From contig JAGMAD010000006.1 of NCBI GenBank assembly GCA_023130975.1, positions 23,187-87,186 of the forward strand: DNA of 64,000 bases. The letters are read 5' to 3'. The stretch comes from Candidatus Parcubacteria bacterium (GTDB taxonomy: Bacteria; Patescibacteriota; Minisyncoccia; Minisyncoccales; JAGMDC01). Position 1 is the stretch's first letter; each line of letters starts with the position of its first letter. The notes beneath the pieces were generated by a model that was not told where the DNA came from, searched no databases, and saw only the letters and a list, made by a program, of their open reading frames with translations. Below, one piece after another: positions 45,603 to 57,015 of the stretch. The position numbers were made by a program, and so were the translations under genes.

Positions 45603-46208
45603 ATGACTATAGTGGTTTTAGGAGGCGGAATAACTAAAGATGGCAAGTTGCCTAAGCATATAAAAGAAAGATTAGAAAAAGTTTTACAAATTTTTAGAAA
45701 ACGAAAACAAGCAAAAGTTTTAGTTTGCGGTAGATATAGTTTTTTGTATCCTAAAAATCAGCTTCCTAAAAAAACGGAAGCAAGAGCAATGCGTGATTAT
45801 CTTATAAGTATTGGCATTCCAAAAAAGGACATATATCTTGAAAATAAATCCAAAGATACCATCGCTAATGTCTATTACGCAAAAAAGCTCTATTTTATTC
45901 CAAGAAAAGAAAAAGACGCGGTTATTATTACTTCAGGGTTTCACTTAGAAAGAGCAAAATTTATCTTTCGGAAAATATTTGGGAAGGGCTATCAATTTAA
46001 ATTTATTTCTCCTCTTTCTTCTCTTAAGGTTAAAGAGAAAACAAAAATAGTAGAAAGACAAAAGGAGCTTCTTAAAAAAACAAAAGAAATTTTAAATAAA
46101 ATGAAATCCGGAGATCATAATTTCCTAAAAGGTAAATTATATAAAATAAAATATTATAAAGAAAAAAGGGCCGATTGGGTCATAAAATTCGTCACAGAAG
46201 GAAAATAA
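45603..46208 (+). CDS. DUF218 (YdcF-like) protein
   Basis: 201 aa; VVLGGG.., TEARAMRDYLISIGIPKKDIYLENKSKDTIAN. Confidence 0.7.
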   Translation: MTIVVLGGGITKDGKLPKHIKERLEKVLQIFRKRKQAKVLVCGRYSFLYPKNQLPKKTEARAMRDYLISIGIPKKDIYLENKSKDTIANVYYAKKLYFIPRKEKDAVIITSGFHLERAKFIFRKIFGKGYQFKFISPLSSLKVKEKTKIVERQKELLKKTKEILNKMKSGDHNFLKGKLYKIKYYKEKRADWVIKFVTEGK

Positions 46209-46231
46209 AAAATTGAAATAGACCTATACTT

Positions 46232-47347
46232 ATGAAAATTCTTATCGTTTCACTTTTAAAGAGAAAAATTAATTCCCAGATTACTGCGGCCAGGCCGCGA
46301 ATGATTTATGATTTGGTTTGCGGATTAAAAGAACAGGGGCATGATATCGCTGTATTAGGAACAGGCGACAGTTATATCCCGGGAGTAAAAATTATTCCGG
46401 TAATTCCAAAATGTTTTGTTGATATGCCGGCTTATGAAAATCCTTTTTATGCCGAAACAAGTTTTTTAACAAAGCAAGCAAAAATACTTGAAAAAATAGG
46501 GAATAATTTTGATATTGTGCATAATCATACCTATCCTGAGTTTATAAATCTTTTAGTGGTAGATAAATTAAAAGTGCCAGTTTTAACTACTATTCATGCT
46601 CAAATAACTCCGCAATTAGATGATATTCTTTCAGAATTTAATAATATTAAAAATTGCTATTTTGTTTCTATCTCAGAAGCCCATAAAAAATTAGCTAAAA
46701 AAACAAAAATTTGGAAAGTAATCCATAACGGAGTGGATACAAATTTGTATAAATTTTCAGCAAAAAAGGAAGATTATTTTTTATGGATTGGAAGATTATC
46801 AAAAGCAAAAGACAAGCAAGGAAATTTTATGGATCCAAAGGGAATAAAATGGGCAATAAAATTAGCCGAGGAAACAAACTCAAATCTTCTACTCTCAGGT
46901 AATGTTGAAGATAGAGAATTTTTTGAAAAAGATGTAAAGCCCCATCTCTCTTCAAAGATAAAATGGATAGGACCAGTTTCTTCTGAACAACTCCTTTCCA
47001 AAAGAGAGGTGGCAAAATTAATGCAAAAAGCAAAGGCATTCTTGATGACCATTAACTGGTATGAACCTTTTGGTTTAACAATGGCAGAAAGTATGAGCTG
47101 CGGCACTCCGGTTATTGGATTTGATAGAGGATCAGTTTCAGAACTTGTGGTTGATAAAAAAACTGGCTTTGTGGTTAAAGCAAAAGAGGGAATAAATGGA
47201 TTGAAAAAGGCCTTAAAAAATATAGATAAAATAAAACCAGAGGATTGCCGAATGCATATTGAAAAAGAATTCAGTTTGGAAACAATGATAAATAATTACG
47301 AAAAAATTTATTACGATCTTAAACCTAAAAATGCCTCAAAAAATTAA
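46232..47347 (+). CDS. glycosyltransferase family 4
   Basis: 371 aa; EPFGLTMAESMSCGTPVIGFDRGSVSELV. Confidence 0.8.
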   Translation: MKILIVSLLKRKINSQITAARPRMIYDLVCGLKEQGHDIAVLGTGDSYIPGVKIIPVIPKCFVDMPAYENPFYAETSFLTKQAKILEKIGNNFDIVHNHTYPEFINLLVVDKLKVPVLTTIHAQITPQLDDILSEFNNIKNCYFVSISEAHKKLAKKTKIWKVIHNGVDTNLYKFSAKKEDYFLWIGRLSKAKDKQGNFMDPKGIKWAIKLAEETNSNLLLSGNVEDREFFEKDVKPHLSSKIKWIGPVSSEQLLSKREVAKLMQKAKAFLMTINWYEPFGLTMAESMSCGTPVIGFDRGSVSELVVDKKTGFVVKAKEGINGLKKALKNIDKIKPEDCRMHIEKEFSLETMINNYEKIYYDLKPKNASKN

Positions 47348-48428
47348 AGTGGTCATACTTTCTAATAAGGAAAAGAATGACCTTTCGGCTATAAATATAG
47401 TAATAGCTGGAATTTTTCCTCATCTTGAAAAAAAAATAGATATTAAATGGAAAATCTGCTCCGGGATAAAAACAGGGGCGTTTTTTAAATATATAGGAGA
47501 ATCCTTAAAACTTAAAAATGGACCCGCCCTAAAACTTCCGATTATTGCCATTTTTACTTTTTTAAAATTTCTTTTTAATCAAGATCTCTGGAAATGCCAA
47601 ATTATAAATGCCCATGGAGCAGATTCATGGATTCCTGTTGTTTTACTTTCAAAGATTTTAAAAAAAACATCTATAATAACGCTTCATGAAACAGAAAATT
47701 ATACTAAAGAGCATTGGTTTTATGGAGGAAAAAAAATGGCCAATTGGCTATGGAAATGGACTCTAAAAAATGCGGATTATCTTATAGATATAAGCAACAC
47801 TGTAAAGCTTGGAAAATCTTTTTATATCCCCAATGGAATAGATCTTTCAATATTTAAACCAAGATTTACTGAAAAAAAAGAAAAGACTATTCTCTTTGTT
47901 GGACGATTAAGAAACCAAAAAGGAATAGAGTATTTTGTAAAAGCTATTCAAATTATAAAAAAACACCAAACAAAAGAAAAAATAAGATCCGTTGTTGTCA
48001 CTAGTTCTATGTTAAAAGTCCCTGAAGAAGAAAAATATGCCAAACTAATAAAAGAAAACGGAATTGAACTTCATTCAAGGATTCCTTTCAAAGAAATAAA
48101 AAAATATTACCAAGAAGCAGATGTTTTGGTCCTGTCTTCGGTGTATGAAGCTTTTGGATTAGTGCTTCTTGAAGCAATGGCTTGCGGAACGCCTGTAGTG
48201 GCTTCTAATGTTGGGGGAATTCCTAATGTAGTGAAAGATGGATTTGTTGGTTTTTTAGTTCCCCCTCGAGACTCTCAAGTAATCGCTCAAAAAATCTTAG
48301 TTCTTTTGGGGAATGAAAAATTAAGAGAAAAAATGTCAGAGAATTGCTTAGAGTGGGTAAAAAGTTTTTCTTGGGAGAAAATAGCAGAAAAATATTTAGA
48401 GATTTATTATCAAGTATTGACTCGTTAA
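47331..48428 (+). CDS. glycosyltransferase family 4
   Basis: 365 aa; EAFGLVLLEAMACGTPVVASNVGGIPNVV; 17-nt overlap with the upstream GT gene. Confidence 0.8.
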   Translation: MPQKIKVVILSNKEKNDLSAINIVIAGIFPHLEKKIDIKWKICSGIKTGAFFKYIGESLKLKNGPALKLPIIAIFTFLKFLFNQDLWKCQIINAHGADSWIPVVLLSKILKKTSIITLHETENYTKEHWFYGGKKMANWLWKWTLKNADYLIDISNTVKLGKSFYIPNGIDLSIFKPRFTEKKEKTILFVGRLRNQKGIEYFVKAIQIIKKHQTKEKIRSVVVTSSMLKVPEEEKYAKLIKENGIELHSRIPFKEIKKYYQEADVLVLSSVYEAFGLVLLEAMACGTPVVASNVGGIPNVVKDGFVGFLVPPRDSQVIAQKILVLLGNEKLREKMSENCLEWVKSFSWEKIAEKYLEIYYQVLTR

Positions 48429-48449
48429 GAGAAAATTAAGTAAGATCTT

Positions 48450-49331
48450 TTATTGTTTCTGCTGTTCACTTCTCTGCCAGACCGAGACCTGGGGAAAAGG
48501 AATTTCAATGCCTTCTTTGTCAAAAGTAATTTTAATTCTTCTTCTCAATTCCCTGCCGATTTCCCATTGCTTTAAAGGCATTGTCTCGCCTAAAACCTTT
48601 ATAATAATAGCTGAATCAGCAAACTCATCTATACCGATAACTTCTGGTGTTTTTAAAATAGAACTTTTCCATTTTGGGTCCTCAGCTAATTCCCTGCCTA
48701 TTTGATTTAGAACCTGTGAAACGTGGTCTATATTTTCTTTGTAGGCAACTCCGATTTTAAGATGAACCCTAGAAAATTCCTGTGATTTATTAGAAGCCAC
48801 CTTAATTTCTCCATTAGGAATATGGTGAACCGCTCCGTCTATGTCTCTAAGTACTGTTTTTCTCAAAGTAATATCTTCAACTTTACCGCCAATTCCAGCG
48901 ATTTGTATGACATCTCCTACTCGATACTGATTTTCCAGCATAATAAAGAGCCCGGCTAAAAAATCTCTAATCATATACTGGGCGCCAAAACCAACAGCCA
49001 CCCCAATAATTCCAGCTCCAAGAAAGATACCGCTGATATCTATACCCAATTCAGGAAGAATCATTAAAACAGCTATAGCCCAAATAATCATAGTCAAAGT
49101 GCTATTAAAAATCTTAATTAAAGTGTCTTCTCTTTTTCTTTCTGCATCTGGGTCTTTTGCTACTTGTTCTGGCTTGATTAATTTTCTAACAAATTTTTCA
49201 ATAAAAATCTTACTAAATCGAATAAGCAAAACCGCGCCAATTAAAATAACAACAATTTTTATTCCGTGAGAAAAAAACCAAGGCATTATTCCTTGAACAA
49301 TGTTTTGAAAATCTATATTTTGAAAATCCAT
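48450..49331 (-). CDS. mechanosensitive ion channel (MscS family)
   Basis: 293 aa; 3 TM; FIMLENQYRVGDVIQI..HIPNGEI. Confidence 0.85.
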   Translation of the reverse strand: MDFQNIDFQNIVQGIMPWFFSHGIKIVVILIGAVLLIRFSKIFIEKFVRKLIKPEQVAKDPDAERKREDTLIKIFNSTLTMIIWAIAVLMILPELGIDISGIFLGAGIIGVAVGFGAQYMIRDFLAGLFIMLENQYRVGDVIQIAGIGGKVEDITLRKTVLRDIDGAVHHIPNGEIKVASNKSQEFSRVHLKIGVAYKENIDHVSQVLNQIGRELAEDPKWKSSILKTPEVIGIDEFADSAIIIKVLGETMPLKQWEIGRELRRRIKITFDKEGIEIPFPQVSVWQRSEQQKQ

Positions 49332-49382
49332 ATTAATGCGGGACGTAAAATTTTACTTCGTAAAATTAACGTTCTTACGTAG

Positions 49383-49465
49383 CGGAGGGACAGGGATTCG
49401 AACCCTGGAGAGCAATGCTCACGTGTTCTCCAAACACGCGCCTTAAACCACTCAGCCATCCCTCC
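49383..49465 (-). tRNA. tRNA-Ser(GGA), class II, CCA not encoded
   Basis: GGAGGGA acceptor, anticodon arm CGTGT-TTGGAGA-ACACG, long variable arm, T-arm CAGGG-TTCGAAT-CCCTG. Confidence 0.9.
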
Positions 49466-49506
49466 TTAATCAGTTATCATTGATAACTGATTGATAACTA
49501 ATAAAT

Positions 49507-50019
49507 TTACAATCCTTGTTTTGTGCCTTTGACCCTGGCAATTAACCTTTCTCTTAACTCTTCGGCTTTTTCTTTTTCAATGCCAGGCAGTCTTCCTTCT
49601 GCCCAAGCCCCCCATTTTCCTTGAGATCCGCCGAATCCAGCTGTCTGAAGCCGAAGCTCGCTTAAGCCCAAAATTCGGGCAATCACTCCCCGATGAATGT
49701 CAATATTCTGAATTCTTTCATAGGGAATAGAAGTATACTTTTTCCAAATTACTCCGCGTTCCACTTTAAATGTATCATCAGTAATTTCATAGAGCCAGAA
49801 ACGATAAGTCAGCTTTGCCCAGATATAACAAAAAATGAGATAAAGAATAAAAAGAATTATAGGAAGTAAAATCATCCAAGAGAAAAAATCTGCTCTTTCG
49901 ATTATTTTTGGTCCTGCTATCCCCCAAGACATCCACATCAAAAAAAGAAAGAAAAATAAACCGCTGAAGAAAAACTGAAAGAAAAATATCCAAACTACTT
50001 TAGAATTTAATTTTTCCAT
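49507..50019 (-). CDS. bacterial PH domain (YdbS/bPH_2) membrane protein
   Basis: 170 aa; 2 TM then YEITDDTFKVERGVIWKKYTSIPYERIQNIDI. Confidence 0.65.
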   Translation of the reverse strand: MEKLNSKVVWIFFFQFFFSGLFFFLFLMWMSWGIAGPKIIERADFFSWMILLPIILFILYLIFCYIWAKLTYRFWLYEITDDTFKVERGVIWKKYTSIPYERIQNIDIHRGVIARILGLSELRLQTAGFGGSQGKWGAWAEGRLPGIEKEKAEELRERLIARVKGTKQGL

Positions 50020-50100
50020 ATTATTGCTTAACTTTATTTTGAGGGAGGACGGGCCTCCTCCAATTTTTTCGACCTTTTAATTCAAGATTATGTATTAATA

Positions 50101-50145
50101 CATTAGCGAATCAAGGTTCTGCGAGCGTTAGCGAACAGGTTCTTA
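50101..50145 (-). repeat. family-2 element directly after the htpX stop
   Basis: Minus reading (TA)AGAACCTGTTCGCTAACGCTCGCAGAACCTTGATTCGCTAATG. Confidence 0.65.
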
Positions 50146-51042
50146 TACTTTCATTCCTCGAAGGGATTTGATACGTTGTTCAACGGGCGGATGCGTCATA
50201 AATAGTTTAGTGAACCAGCTTTTAGATTGTTTGCCCCTAAAAGGCGAAGATATAAAAAGATGAGCAGTGGAATTATTAGCTACTCTCATTGGATTTGGAT
50301 CAGCAGAAATTTTTTCCAGGGCCCGAGCCAAACCTTCTGGATAACGGGTTAATAAAGCGCCGGAGGCATCAGCTAAAAATTCTCTTTTCCTGGAAATTGA
50401 CAGCCGGATTAAAGAAGCAGCAATAGGAGCTAAAATAGCGGCAACAATTCCCAAAGCTAATAGAATTAATCCGCTTGAATCCCGGGCATCGCGCCTGCCC
50501 ATTCCGCTCCAGAAACTAATCCGCAAAAAAATATTGGAAAGCATTGCCACCACTCCCACCAAAACCACAATAACTGTCTGTAAAAGCATATCCTTATTGC
50601 CAATATGGGAAAGCTCGTGGGCAATGACTCCTTCTAATTCTGTCCTTTCTAATTTTTCTAAAAGGCCTCTGGTTACTGCCACCACAGCGTGATTGGCATC
50701 TCTGCCAGTAGCAAAAGCATTGGGTTGGGATTCGTTGATAATAAAAATTTTAGGCAAAGGAAGGCCAGCAGTGATACATAGGTTTTCTACCAGGCGATAA
50801 AGTTCTGGCTCATCTTTTTTCTCAATGGGTTTAGCCCGACTCATTCTTAAGACAATTTTATCTGAATACCAATAACTACTAAAACTCATTACAATACTTA
50901 AGGTTATAGCGATTATTAAAATAATACTGCTGTTAAGTAAAAAACTAAAAAGCCAGCCCAGAGCAATGATGAATATCAAAAAGCTCGTTATCAAAAGCCA
51001 TGTTTTGCGAGTATTACTTTCAGCATGTGTGTAAAGCGTCAT
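50143..51042 (-). CDS. htpX: zinc metalloprotease HtpX (M48)
   Basis: 299 aa; HELSHIGNKD zinc motif; 4 TM. Confidence 0.9.
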   Translation of the reverse strand: MTLYTHAESNTRKTWLLITSFLIFIIALGWLFSFLLNSSIILIIAITLSIVMSFSSYWYSDKIVLRMSRAKPIEKKDEPELYRLVENLCITAGLPLPKIFIINESQPNAFATGRDANHAVVAVTRGLLEKLERTELEGVIAHELSHIGNKDMLLQTVIVVLVGVVAMLSNIFLRISFWSGMGRRDARDSSGLILLALGIVAAILAPIAASLIRLSISRKREFLADASGALLTRYPEGLARALEKISADPNPMRVANNSTAHLFISSPFRGKQSKSWFTKLFMTHPPVEQRIKSLRGMKV

Positions 51043-51049
51043 ATAGGAA

Positions 51050-51607
51050 TTAAAAATTCACTTTCACTGGTTCGCGGGCAGCTGGTTCTTCTACTTCAAA
51101 AAAATCCATCTTTTTAAAACCAAGGGGTTTAGCAATGAGATTTACTGGAAATACTTCAATCTTGATATTGAGATCCCTGACATTAGTATTATAAAACCTT
51201 CTGGATGCCTGGATTTTGTCTTCAGTATCACGGAGCTCTCTTTGTAATTCCAGAAAATTTTCTGAAGCGCGCAATTGAGGATAGTTCTCAGCCACAGCAA
51301 AAAGGGATTTTAAAGTATCAGACAGCATATTTTCTGCCTGTCCTTTTTCTTTAATGCCAGCAGCTCCCATTGCTCTGGTTCTGGCTTCAGTAACTTTTTC
51401 AAAAAGCTCTCGCTCATGAGTAGCATAGCCCTTGACTGTTTCTACCAAATTAGGAATCAGATTATATCTTCGCTTTAACTGAACGTCAATATCTGACCAG
51501 GCCTCTTTGGCTCGATTTTTTAAGGTAATCAAACGGTTGTAAGTTAAAATCAGCCAAAGAACAATTCCGACCGCGACTATTAAAATAAGTATTTGAAGAG
51601 TAGTCAT
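51050..51607 (-). CDS. lemA: LemA family protein
   Basis: 185 aa; N-terminal TM; YNRLITLKNRAKEAWSDIDVQLKRRYNLIPNLVETVKGY. Confidence 0.88.
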   Translation of the reverse strand: MTTLQILILIVAVGIVLWLILTYNRLITLKNRAKEAWSDIDVQLKRRYNLIPNLVETVKGYATHERELFEKVTEARTRAMGAAGIKEKGQAENMLSDTLKSLFAVAENYPQLRASENFLELQRELRDTEDKIQASRRFYNTNVRDLNIKIEVFPVNLIAKPLGFKKMDFFEVEEPAAREPVKVNF

Positions 51608-51613
51608 TGTATT

Positions 51614-51655
51614 AGATTTTAGATTTTAGATTTTAGATGTTAGATGTTGGATACT
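51614..51655. repeat. heptamer array (AGATTTT)x3 (AGATGTT)x2 GGATACT in the lemA 5' UTR region
   Basis: Read directly; shares the 16-mer TAGATGTTGGATACTA with 62961-63002. Confidence 0.8.
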
Positions 51656-51764
51656 AATCCCGACCTTTACATTTTAATTATATTAAAATTTAACCCTTTT
51701 GTCAAAAAAAATCGCCCTGCAGGTTATCTTAAAAAGATAACTTTACAGAGCATTGTAAAAATTG

Positions 51765-52067
51765 TTACAGAGATTGGCTTAAAAATTCTTCTCGTATTTC
51801 CTGGAAAATCCATTCCTCATCTTCGTCAAAATCAAGCGACAAGAATCTGTAGTTTGGTTCGTGGCAGCAAATTGAAAGTTCATTAGCAATTGTTAAAGGA
51901 TCATACCCATTGCTTTTCAATCCTTTAATCTGAGCATATATCTCTTGCTTGATATTTTCACCGTTCGCTATTACTATTAAGCGACCACAATCGCATCTTG
52001 CAAACTTGCAACCATTTTTCTTAAATTCCTCTGACGTTTCCTCTAATTCTATCTTTTTCTTTCCCAT
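51765..52067 (-). CDS. hypothetical Cys-containing acidic protein
   Basis: 100 aa; SD AGGAGG upstream; no family recognised. Confidence 0.5.
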   Translation of the reverse strand: MGKKKIELEETSEEFKKNGCKFARCDCGRLIVIANGENIKQEIYAQIKGLKSNGYDPLTIANELSICCHEPNYRFLSLDFDEDEEWIFQEIREEFLSQSL

Positions 52068-52189
52068 TATTTCTCTCGCCTCCTAATTTTTTTATCCATA
52101 TTTTCCAAAAAAATTGGCAAAGAGCGTCATTGGGCTGATGCCCTTTCCTCTTTGGTATTTTGAGATTAGCAAGGTTTAGAAAATTAGTC

Positions 52190-52269
52190 AACCCCGTAGT
52201 AGAATTTCAACTTGCTCTGCAAAAATAGTTTTCTAAAAGAAAACTTTGTTGAAATTTCACTACGGGGTC
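52190..52269. repeat. 80-nt compound hairpin with CCCCGTAGT/ACTACGGGG stem (family 3)
   Basis: Arms 52190-52211 and 52248-52269; inner AGTTTTCT-aaa-AGAAAACT. Confidence 0.7.
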
Positions 52270-52274
52270 AATCC

Positions 52275-52302
52275 AAAAACTCGGCGCAAGCGCCGAGTTT
52301 TT
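52275..52302 (-). terminator. groEL terminator CTCGGCG/CGCCGAG
   Basis: A-run and T-run flank the 7-bp GC stem. Confidence 0.8.
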
Positions 52303-52312
52303 GTTATTAATC

Positions 52313-52340
52313 AGTGATAAATGATAAGTGATAAGTGATT
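52313..52340. repeat. heptamer array GTGATAA ATGATAA GTGATAA GTGATTA
   Basis: Read directly, between the groEL stop and its terminator. Confidence 0.75.
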
Positions 52341-52342
52341 AT

Positions 52343-54282
<1,940 letters not shown>

Positions 54283-54477
54283 AATTATAATAAATCCCAA
54301 ATCCTAATGACCAATGACCAACCAAATCTCAATTTCCTAAATCCCAAACATTTGGGCATTAGAGTTTAGGGCTTGGTTGGGCATTGGGATTTGGTCATTG
54401 GGGCTTTTAATTATTACTTCTCTATCTTAAACAAAACAAAATATTTGTCAAGAAGATAAATTTATGATAATCTAAGC

Positions 54478-54984
54478 GTGCGGGACTCGCACCCTCAAGA
54501 AATGGAAACACAAGATTTAAATTTTGAAAAAAAGAAAAAATATGAACGCATTAAAGATTCGTCTTGGTTTATTTTGACTATTGCTTTTTTAGTAGCTTTT
54601 TTAGGCATTGCCATTTTAAGCTGGCAATATCATAAAATAGCAGAAAAAGAAATTTTCTCTTTAAAACAAACTATGGAACAAAATTTAGCAGAAGATTTAT
54701 TAGAAAAATTTATGGCATACAGAATTGAAAAGAATGAAAACCAAGCCATGCTTTACCTTACAGAAAATGCAATGGAACAAAAAAATCAAGAAAAATTTTT
54801 ATTAATAAATAATTTTAAAAGTTTTGAGATATTAAAAACTGAAAAAAAAGATGAAACAAATTATAAATCTACAGTAAAAATCCAAGAAGAAAACGAAAAC
54901 TATGAAATAATTGAAATAATAATTATAACTAAAATTTTAGAGTTGGATAAATATTACATAGATTCAATAGAAATAGCCGGATAG
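54478..54984 (+). CDS. membrane-anchored hypothetical protein
   Basis: 168 aa (GTG start; ATG 54502 is an alternative); one TM. Confidence 0.45.
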   Translation: MRDSHPQEMETQDLNFEKKKKYERIKDSSWFILTIAFLVAFLGIAILSWQYHKIAEKEIFSLKQTMEQNLAEDLLEKFMAYRIEKNENQAMLYLTENAMEQKNQEKFLLINNFKSFEILKTEKKDETNYKSTVKIQEENENYEIIEIIIITKILELDKYYIDSIEIAG

Positions 54985-54985
54985 A

Positions 54986-56359
54986 TTGATGATTAACAAA
55001 AAAACAAAGAAAAATTGCTTATTTATAATTTTTTTAACCCTGTCAATCGGGTTTTTTGTTTTTTTAATTTTAACAATGCCTGGCAATGAAATTTTTGTAG
55101 AGAAGAAAAACAATCAAACTGCTTCTGTTGCTGATACTATTAAAGAGCGAGAAGAAGAATTAAGACAGTTAAGGGATTTTGAAACAGAAAAAAAGCAGGA
55201 ATTCATTTCTCAAAAAACAGATTTTTTAGAAATCCATCTCCAAGAAATGAAAGCCAGAATTTATAAACAAGGTATTTTAGAAAAAGAAATTTCTATTTTA
55301 GCAAAAGGAGATCCTGAATTTTGGGGTGGTGTTCCCTCTGGTCTCTATCAAGTAATTTCTGGCTATAAAAAGGCCTTTTCAAATATCGCCAAAGTTTATA
55401 TGCCCTGGAGTATTAATTTCTACGCTAAGTATTATCTCCACGGTGAACCCTTTTATTCTAATGGCCAACCAACTGAATTCGATTATACCGGCGGCTGCGT
55501 TAGATTCTCTGATGAAGACGCGGAATTCATTTATAACGCTACAGAAATAGAAATGCCTGTTTTAATAATTGATAAAGAAAATAATGGCTACAAATATGAC
55601 TCTTGGAAAAAAACAAAATCAATACCAGAATTATCTGCTCAATCCTGGCTGATAGCTGACCTTGATAATGATTATGTTTTGGCTGAAAAAAATCCTGAAG
55701 AAATACTACCAATTGCTTCTTTAACTAAATTAATGGCTGCTGTAGTTGTTATTGAAAATAATGATTTAAGAAAATCAATTTGGGTTAATAAAGAAATGTT
55801 AAATGCCTACGGCTCTACTCCAGGATTAGAAGCTGGACAAAAATATAATTTGGTTGAACTGCTCCATCCTCTTTTAATTCAGTCGTCTAATGATGCCGCT
55901 GAAATCTTAACTTATTTTTCAGGAAGAGAAAAAACTATCAGATTAATGAATGAAAAGACAAAAATGATTGGCATGGAAAACACTTTTTATGAGGATCCAA
56001 GTGGTTTAAGTGAAAAAAATGTTTCTACTGTTAAAGACCTTTTCTATTTAGGCAATTATATTTTTAATACCAGGCCTCTTCTTTTAAAAATAAGCAAAGG
56101 GGAAATTATTGAGACCTTTAGTTCGGTTTGTTTTCAAGATCTGCATAATAAAAATATTTTTCCAGAAAGCCAGGATTTTTTAGGCGGCAAGACCGGCTTT
56201 ATTTTAGAGTCAAAATACACTGGTATGTTTTTATTTGAATTACCTTTACCAGACAACACTTCACACAATATTATAATTGTTCTTTTAAAGTCCGATGATC
56301 TCAAAGACGATGTCCAAAAAATCCTCTTCTGGTGGCTTGAAGAAAATTATCTTGAATAG
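54986..56359 (+). CDS. fusion of L,D-transpeptidase (YkuD) and D-alanyl-D-alanine carboxypeptidase (S11)
   Basis: 457 aa; YkuD motif LHGEP..YTGGCVRFS; S11 motifs ASLTK, SSNDAA, KTGF. Confidence 0.75.
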   Translation: MMINKKTKKNCLFIIFLTLSIGFFVFLILTMPGNEIFVEKKNNQTASVADTIKEREEELRQLRDFETEKKQEFISQKTDFLEIHLQEMKARIYKQGILEKEISILAKGDPEFWGGVPSGLYQVISGYKKAFSNIAKVYMPWSINFYAKYYLHGEPFYSNGQPTEFDYTGGCVRFSDEDAEFIYNATEIEMPVLIIDKENNGYKYDSWKKTKSIPELSAQSWLIADLDNDYVLAEKNPEEILPIASLTKLMAAVVVIENNDLRKSIWVNKEMLNAYGSTPGLEAGQKYNLVELLHPLLIQSSNDAAEILTYFSGREKTIRLMNEKTKMIGMENTFYEDPSGLSEKNVSTVKDLFYLGNYIFNTRPLLLKISKGEIIETFSSVCFQDLHNKNIFPESQDFLGGKTGFILESKYTGMFLFELPLPDNTSHNIIIVLLKSDDLKDDVQKILFWWLEENYLE

Positions 56360-56395
56360 CTTACGGGGTTTACTTTTATTATAATATCTGATATT

Positions 56396-56773
56396 ATGAT
56401 TATAGTGTTTAGAGAGCTAATTCTGAAAATTATTGCTGGAATAATAGGAATCTGGTTAGCTGCTCAATTTGTTCCTGGAGTAGAAATCACAGATTCCTGG
56501 CAGACCCTGATATGGGCTGGTTTAGTTTTAGGTCTGATAAATTATTTTATTAAGCCAGTTTTAAATCTTATTACCCTGCCCTTGCGGATAATAACTCTTG
56601 GCTTATTTAGTTTAGTAATTAATATGGGCATAATTTGGCTCATAGATATTCTCTTTCCAGAAATAATTATCTCTGGTATTGCTGCTCTTTTCTGGGCAAC
56701 CTTGATTGTGTGGTTGTTAAGTCTAATCATTCCAAAACTTATTCCTAAAAAGAAAATAATTGTAGAAGAATAA
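56396..56773 (+). CDS. phage-holin-4-like (DUF360) membrane protein
   Basis: 125 aa; 4 TM; LINYFIKPVLNLITLPLRIITLGLF. Confidence 0.6.
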   Translation: MIIVFRELILKIIAGIIGIWLAAQFVPGVEITDSWQTLIWAGLVLGLINYFIKPVLNLITLPLRIITLGLFSLVINMGIIWLIDILFPEIIISGIAALFWATLIVWLLSLIIPKLIPKKKIIVEE

Positions 56774-56775
56774 AT

Positions 56776-57006
56776 ATGAAAGAATTTTTTCCTTTTATAC
56801 AAATCATCATTGCAGTATTACTGATTGTCCTCATTCTCTTTCAGCAAAGAGGAACTGCTTTAGGTTCTGCTTTTGGAGGCGGAGGCAGCAGCGGTGGCTC
56901 AGGATTTTACGCTACCAGACGAGGTATTCAGCAAAAAATATATTGGGTTACTATTATCTTAGGAATACTTTTTATTGGGTTATCTCTTCTGACCCTGGTT
57001 TTCTAA
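56776..57006 (+). CDS. secG: preprotein translocase subunit SecG
   Basis: 76 aa; 2 TM with a Gly-rich loop LFQQRGTALGSAFGGGGSSG. Confidence 0.75.
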   Translation: MKEFFPFIQIIIAVLLIVLILFQQRGTALGSAFGGGGSSGGSGFYATRRGIQQKIYWVTIILGILFIGLSLLTLVF

Positions 57007-57015
57007 TTTTTAATA

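Noticed and set aside
54301-54477. CIRCE/HrcA operator upstream of groES
   Set aside because: No sequence resembling TTAGCACTC-N9-GAGTGCTAA was found on either strand
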